From: a virus
Taxonomy: Duplodnaviria > Heunggongvirae > Uroviricota > Caudoviricetes
Strand: one strand, 5' to 3'
Length of the DNA stretch: 10,934 nucleotides
IMG/VR virus record: IMGVR_UViG_2531839179_000025
Coordinates: 1 to 10,934 of that record
This document shows, in pieces, positions 8,488-10,934 of the stretch; the stretch's first letter is position 1, and each line of letters begins with the position of its first letter. A model generated the notes under the pieces. It saw only the letters and a program-made list of their open reading frames with translations. It ran no database searches and was not told the origin of the DNA. Both the position numbers and the translations under genes were made by a program.

Positions 8488-8702
8488 TATTCACCTCTCG
8501 CAGCCTTACGCTTATCTTCTCTTATTTTGAAATACAGATTCGTCAGATAAGTCAGAAGCCCCAGAAGCAGACTTCCCAGCACACCAATCGCAGCCCACTG
8601 TGATGGACTGACCTGATCCAACCACTGCAAAAACCAGTAGCCGGCACTGCCGGCGGAGGTGCCGTAGGCAATGCCTGTTGATATTTTTTCCATCTGATAC
8701 AT
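8487..8702 (-). CDS. S: Class II pinholin (phage 21 S-like), dual-start holin/antiholin
   Basis: 71-aa [30 protein letters not shown]... with two start codons (Met1 and Met4) and two transmembrane segments, matching S21. Confidence 0.9.
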   Translation of the reverse strand: MYQMEKISTGIAYGTSAGSAGYWFLQWLDQVSPSQWAAIGVLGSLLLGLLTYLTNLYFKIREDKRKAARGE

Positions 8703-8734
8703 ATCCCGCCCCCCGACAGACCTGTGCTATCGGA

Positions 8735-8768
8735 AAGAAAAAAGGCCATCAGCAAAACTCTGATGGCC
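8735..8768 (-). terminator. Rho-independent terminator on the minus strand, about 35 nt upstream of the holin start
   Basis: Perfect 9-bp stem GGCCATCAG / CTGATGGCC (8744-8752 and 8760-8768) with a 7-nt loop, followed on the minus strand by TTTTTTCTTTCC. Confidence 0.6.
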
Positions 8769-9381
8769 TGAATCACCTTTACCAATATTGTATGAAAAAA
8801 CACGCACGTCTAATTGACAATAATTTTCATTTCCATTAAAAAAGATCGCGTAGCATTCTTAATTCATGAGGAACTTTACCCGCCAGCAATCTGAGTAGCG
8901 AAAGCTGTTCATCCCCAATGTTTTTGCTGGCGGGTCCTTTTTTCTACGGTCCTCCTCCCCGGAGGGGGCATTTCATTATTTTTCTAATCATTACTGGTGA
9001 GAAGGCGGAAGAAAAAGCCAGTTCTTCGCCCCTAAATAACAGCATGATTCCAGTCCATGCAAAATCTGATTTCCAGCTCACACATACCGAGCACTGTACA
9101 AAAAACCGCCAGCCAAGGCAGTTAAGAGTGTGTTCCCGGGGTTTGCTTAGAATATTTTGTAAGTTGTCCGAAGAGATATTTACAACACCAGAATGATGCA
9201 TTATCAGTCCCCTGCCAGAGGTTCACTACGTAACCTGACCGACAATGCACCATTCTGGTGCTGAAAAAAGAGCACTGGAACTGCAACAAAACAACATCAC
9301 AGAACAGGAGATGGTAAGGAGTCAGACATTCCCACACAATATTGTGTCAGTGCAAATAACAACCTTCGTCTCAAATCTCGC

Positions 9382-9456
<75 letters not shown>

Positions 9457-9459
9457 ATA

Positions 9460-9535
<76 letters not shown>

Positions 9536-9537
9536 GC

Positions 9538-9614
9538 TGGCCCACCACCGAGGACTCGAACCTCGCACCGTCAACTTAGAAGGTTGATGCTCTATCCGGA
9601 TGAGCTAGTGGTGG
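9538..9614 (-). tRNA. tRNA-Arg (anticodon UCU)
   Basis: 77-nt cloverleaf: acceptor CCACCAC/GTGGTGG, anticodon stem TCAAC/GTTGA with loop CTTCTAA, T-loop TTCGAGT, encoded CCA. Confidence 0.8.
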
Positions 9615-9615
9615 T

Positions 9616-9692
9616 TGGTGGCCCTTGCTGGACTTGAACCAGCGACCTGGCGATTATGAGTCGCTCGCTCTGACCAACTGAGCTAAAGGGCC
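9616..9692 (-). tRNA. tRNA with CAU anticodon, Ile2-like (ileX/ileZ-type, reads AUA after lysidine modification; Met not excluded)
   Basis: 77-nt cloverleaf: acceptor GGCCCTT/AAGGGCC, anticodon arm GCGACTCATAATCGC and T-arm GGTCGCTGGTTCAAGTCCAGC nearly identical to E. coli tRNA-Ile2 as I recall it; encoded CCA. Confidence 0.8.
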
Positions 9693-9701
9693 GGAGGCAG
9701 A

Positions 9702-9730
9702 ATAATAACCATATGTCATCACATCTGCAA
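9702..9730 (-). promoter_or_regulatory. Candidate sigma70 promoter driving the tRNA array
   Basis: On the minus strand: TTGCAG (-35, plus coords 9725-9730), 17-nt spacer, TATTAT (-10, 9702-9707), placing the start site within a few nt of the first tRNA 5' end at 9692. Confidence 0.35.
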
Positions 9731-9779
9731 ACTCATCTGACCACCAGCACGTTTAACGTCCTGTGCCGTTTTTCAGGTA

Positions 9780-9802
9780 TAAAAAAACCCGCATAAAGCG
9801 GG
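9780..9802 (-). terminator. Rho-independent terminator (tR'-like) between the late promoter and the tRNA array
   Basis: GC stem CCCGC / GCGGG (9788-9792 and 9798-9802) with loop ATAAA, followed on the minus strand by 8 T residues (9780-9787). Confidence 0.5.
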
Positions 9803-9863
9803 CTCTTTCAAATGTCCATGTCTGCTATTCGCCTCGCGGTACAGCTTTGCGAAGCGTACAAGA

Positions 9864-9892
9864 ATTGAAGCAGTTTATGGCTAAAATTGCAA
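9864..9892 (-). promoter_or_regulatory. Candidate late promoter (pR'-like) with extended -10
   Basis: On the minus strand: TTGCAA (-35, 9887-9892), 17-nt spacer, TGcTTCAAT (extended -10, 9864-9872). It begins 5 bp after the stop of the upstream gene and lies about 65-80 nt upstream of the terminator, as in lambdoid pR'-tR' units. Confidence 0.35.
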
Positions 9893-9899
9893 GAACTTT

Positions 9900-10457
9900 T
9901 TAAAGCTGCATCAGCCTTTCCACCAGTTTATCTCTGCGAACAACAAACCAACCATTGGCTCTCGCCAGTTCCAGCCATGACTCAAGGGAAATAACAATAT
10001 CATCATCCCGCAACTGAATTGTGGAAACAGTGACACCGCCTTGCTGATAACAGAGAACTCGCGTGTCGTAACTTTTCTGGCATGAAACTGGCGTTGACGG
10101 CTCCTTTTGACTGAAATAGCAGTCTTCCAGTTTTTCGAACACATCCCACGCCTGATCGGTTTCGAGCATTTTTGCGTGGCGGGCTGCGCCGCGTTCTGTC
10201 CAGAGAATGAGGGAGCGGTTTTTGGGAGAGATGGGATTTTGTGAGTAGTTTAAAGCTACCCGCAATTCTTTAAGGTCATTACCAACAACTTTGAAAAAGT
10301 GTTTCCCTTCAACGAAGCGTACTTTGTTCTCATGATGATTCTGGCGAATACGCACCGGCTCAGTGCCGTAAAGCTGCGCCAAAAGTTCGGTGGTAATAAC
10401 AGGAATCTGGTTATAGGTAACAGGGGAAAGGTTTTTGACAGAAATCTGAACAGTCAT
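9900..10457 (-). CDS. ORF6N-domain (KilA-N-related) DNA-binding phage protein, antirepressor-like; sits in the position usually held by the Q antiterminator
   Basis: 185-aa ORF with RBS GAGG 5 nt upstream of the ATG at 10457. The N-terminal region PVITTELLAQLYGTEPVRIRQNHHENKVRFVEGKHFFKVVGNDLKEL and the downstream WTERGAARHAKML match the ORF6N pattern (LA.LYGV....L...V.RN..RF...F.F.L...E...L ... FTE.G.AML) as I recall it. Confidence 0.6.
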   Translation of the reverse strand: MTVQISVKNLSPVTYNQIPVITTELLAQLYGTEPVRIRQNHHENKVRFVEGKHFFKVVGNDLKELRVALNYSQNPISPKNRSLILWTERGAARHAKMLETDQAWDVFEKLEDCYFSQKEPSTPVSCQKSYDTRVLCYQQGGVTVSTIQLRDDDIVISLESWLELARANGWFVVRRDKLVERLMQL

Positions 10458-10617
10458 AACGACCTCGCGTTTCGATGGTTTTTAACTCACCACCTGCGAC
10501 GCCAATCGCTGGGTGGTGAACTGTGCAGGGTTGGCGTAACCGGTCGAAACATCCGGCGAGTCTCTCAACTCCCCCACACAGCCCACCATAAATCGCGAAT
10601 GTGACTGTGCTTAGCGC

Positions 10618-10640
10618 ATAAAAAAACCGCCAGCGCGGTT
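10618..10640 (-). terminator. Putative rho-independent terminator on the minus strand, between the IS3-family element and the ORF6N gene
   Basis: Stem AACCGC / GCGGTT (10625-10630 and 10635-10640) with loop CAGC, followed on the minus strand by a run of T (10620-10626). The stem is short. Confidence 0.4.
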
Positions 10641-10651
10641 ATGCACCGTTT

Positions 10652-10934
10652 TGAGGTAGCCTGAGTTTAACGGACACTCCTTCCTGAAATAGAATGGCAT
10701 CAGAAGGAGCTAATAATGAGCAGAAAAACCCAACGTTACTCTAAAGAGTTCAAAGCCGAAGCTGTCAGAACGGTTCTTGAAAATCAACTTTCGATCAGTG
10801 AAGGCGCTTCCCGATTATCCCTTCCTGAAGGCACTTTAGGACAATGGGTTACCGCCGCCAGAAAAGGACTCGGTACTCCTGGTTCCCGCACGGTGGCTGA
10901 ACTGGAATCTGAAATTCTGCAACTGCGTAAGGCG
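10652..10934 (+). mobile_element. IS3-family insertion sequence (IS600-like), left end and 5' part only
   Basis: A terminal TGAGGTAGCC... begins at 10652 (IS3-family ends start with TG), followed 63 nt later by an OrfA-type ORF. The element continues beyond the window. Confidence 0.7.
10715..10934 (+). CDS. IS3-family transposase OrfA (helix-turn-helix N-terminal ORF), 3'-partial
   Basis: Strong RBS AAGGAG 7 nt upstream of the ATG at 10715. The translation MSRKTQRYSKEFKAEAVRTVLENQLSISEGASRLSLPEGTLGQWV... ELESEILQLRKA is recognised as an IS600-like OrfA with HTH and the start of a leucine zipper; it runs off the window end. Confidence 0.85.

Noticed and set aside
8880-8950. Plus-strand terminator-like structure CCCGCCAGCAA ... 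TTGCTGGCGGG followed by TCCTTTTTTCT
   Set aside because: The stem is perfect, but the loop is about 33 nt and it is on the strand opposite to all local transcription; no plus-strand gene ends here. Left as an unexplained inverted repeat rather than a called terminator.
8950-8972. Near-palindrome CCTCCTCCCCGGAGGGGG
   Set aside because: The arms are not true reverse complements (CTCCCC versus AGGGGG); at most a 4-bp stem, so not a convincing hairpin or operator.
8776-9381. Possible Shiga toxin (stxA/stxB) or other toxin cargo between the tRNAs and the holin
   Set aside because: There is no ORF pair of the right size (about 315 aa plus about 89 aa) and nothing with a signal-peptide-like start; the gap is too short for stxAB.
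9911-10604. ORFs 9911..10144 (-) and 10299..10604 (+) overlapping the ORF6N gene
   Set aside because: Alternative-frame and antisense shadows of the 185-aa gene, with no independent start signals.

Overview
This window is a fragment of a lambdoid prophage (phage 21 / Stx-phage-like late region) encoded almost entirely on the minus strand and bracketed by two insertion sequences. On the left, an IS630 copy (transposase 1..1032, +) is inserted into the head gene cluster. On the right, an IS3-family element (IS600-like, OrfA from 10715, +) sits upstream of the late-region regulator. Reading the minus strand from high to low coordinates: an ORF6N-domain DNA-binding protein (9900..10457), a promoter/terminator pair, four tightly packed tRNA genes (Ile2-like CAU, Arg UCU, Thr UGU, Gly UCC; 9382..9692), about 600 bp with no credible ORF where Stx phages carry their toxin genes, a phage-21-type lysis cassette (pinholin, SAR endolysin, Rz with embedded Rz1), then terminase small and large subunits, portal, head-morphogenesis protein, a scaffold-like protein and a short head-gene ORF ending at the IS630 junction. 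The only phage-region gene on the plus strand is an AT-rich DedA-like membrane protein (6925..7434) between the lysis and packaging modules. All calls rest on reading the translations and sequence by eye; no database search was run. The most interesting items are the ORF6N protein in the position normally held by the Q antiterminator, the tRNA array with an empty cargo slot, and the DedA-like moron.
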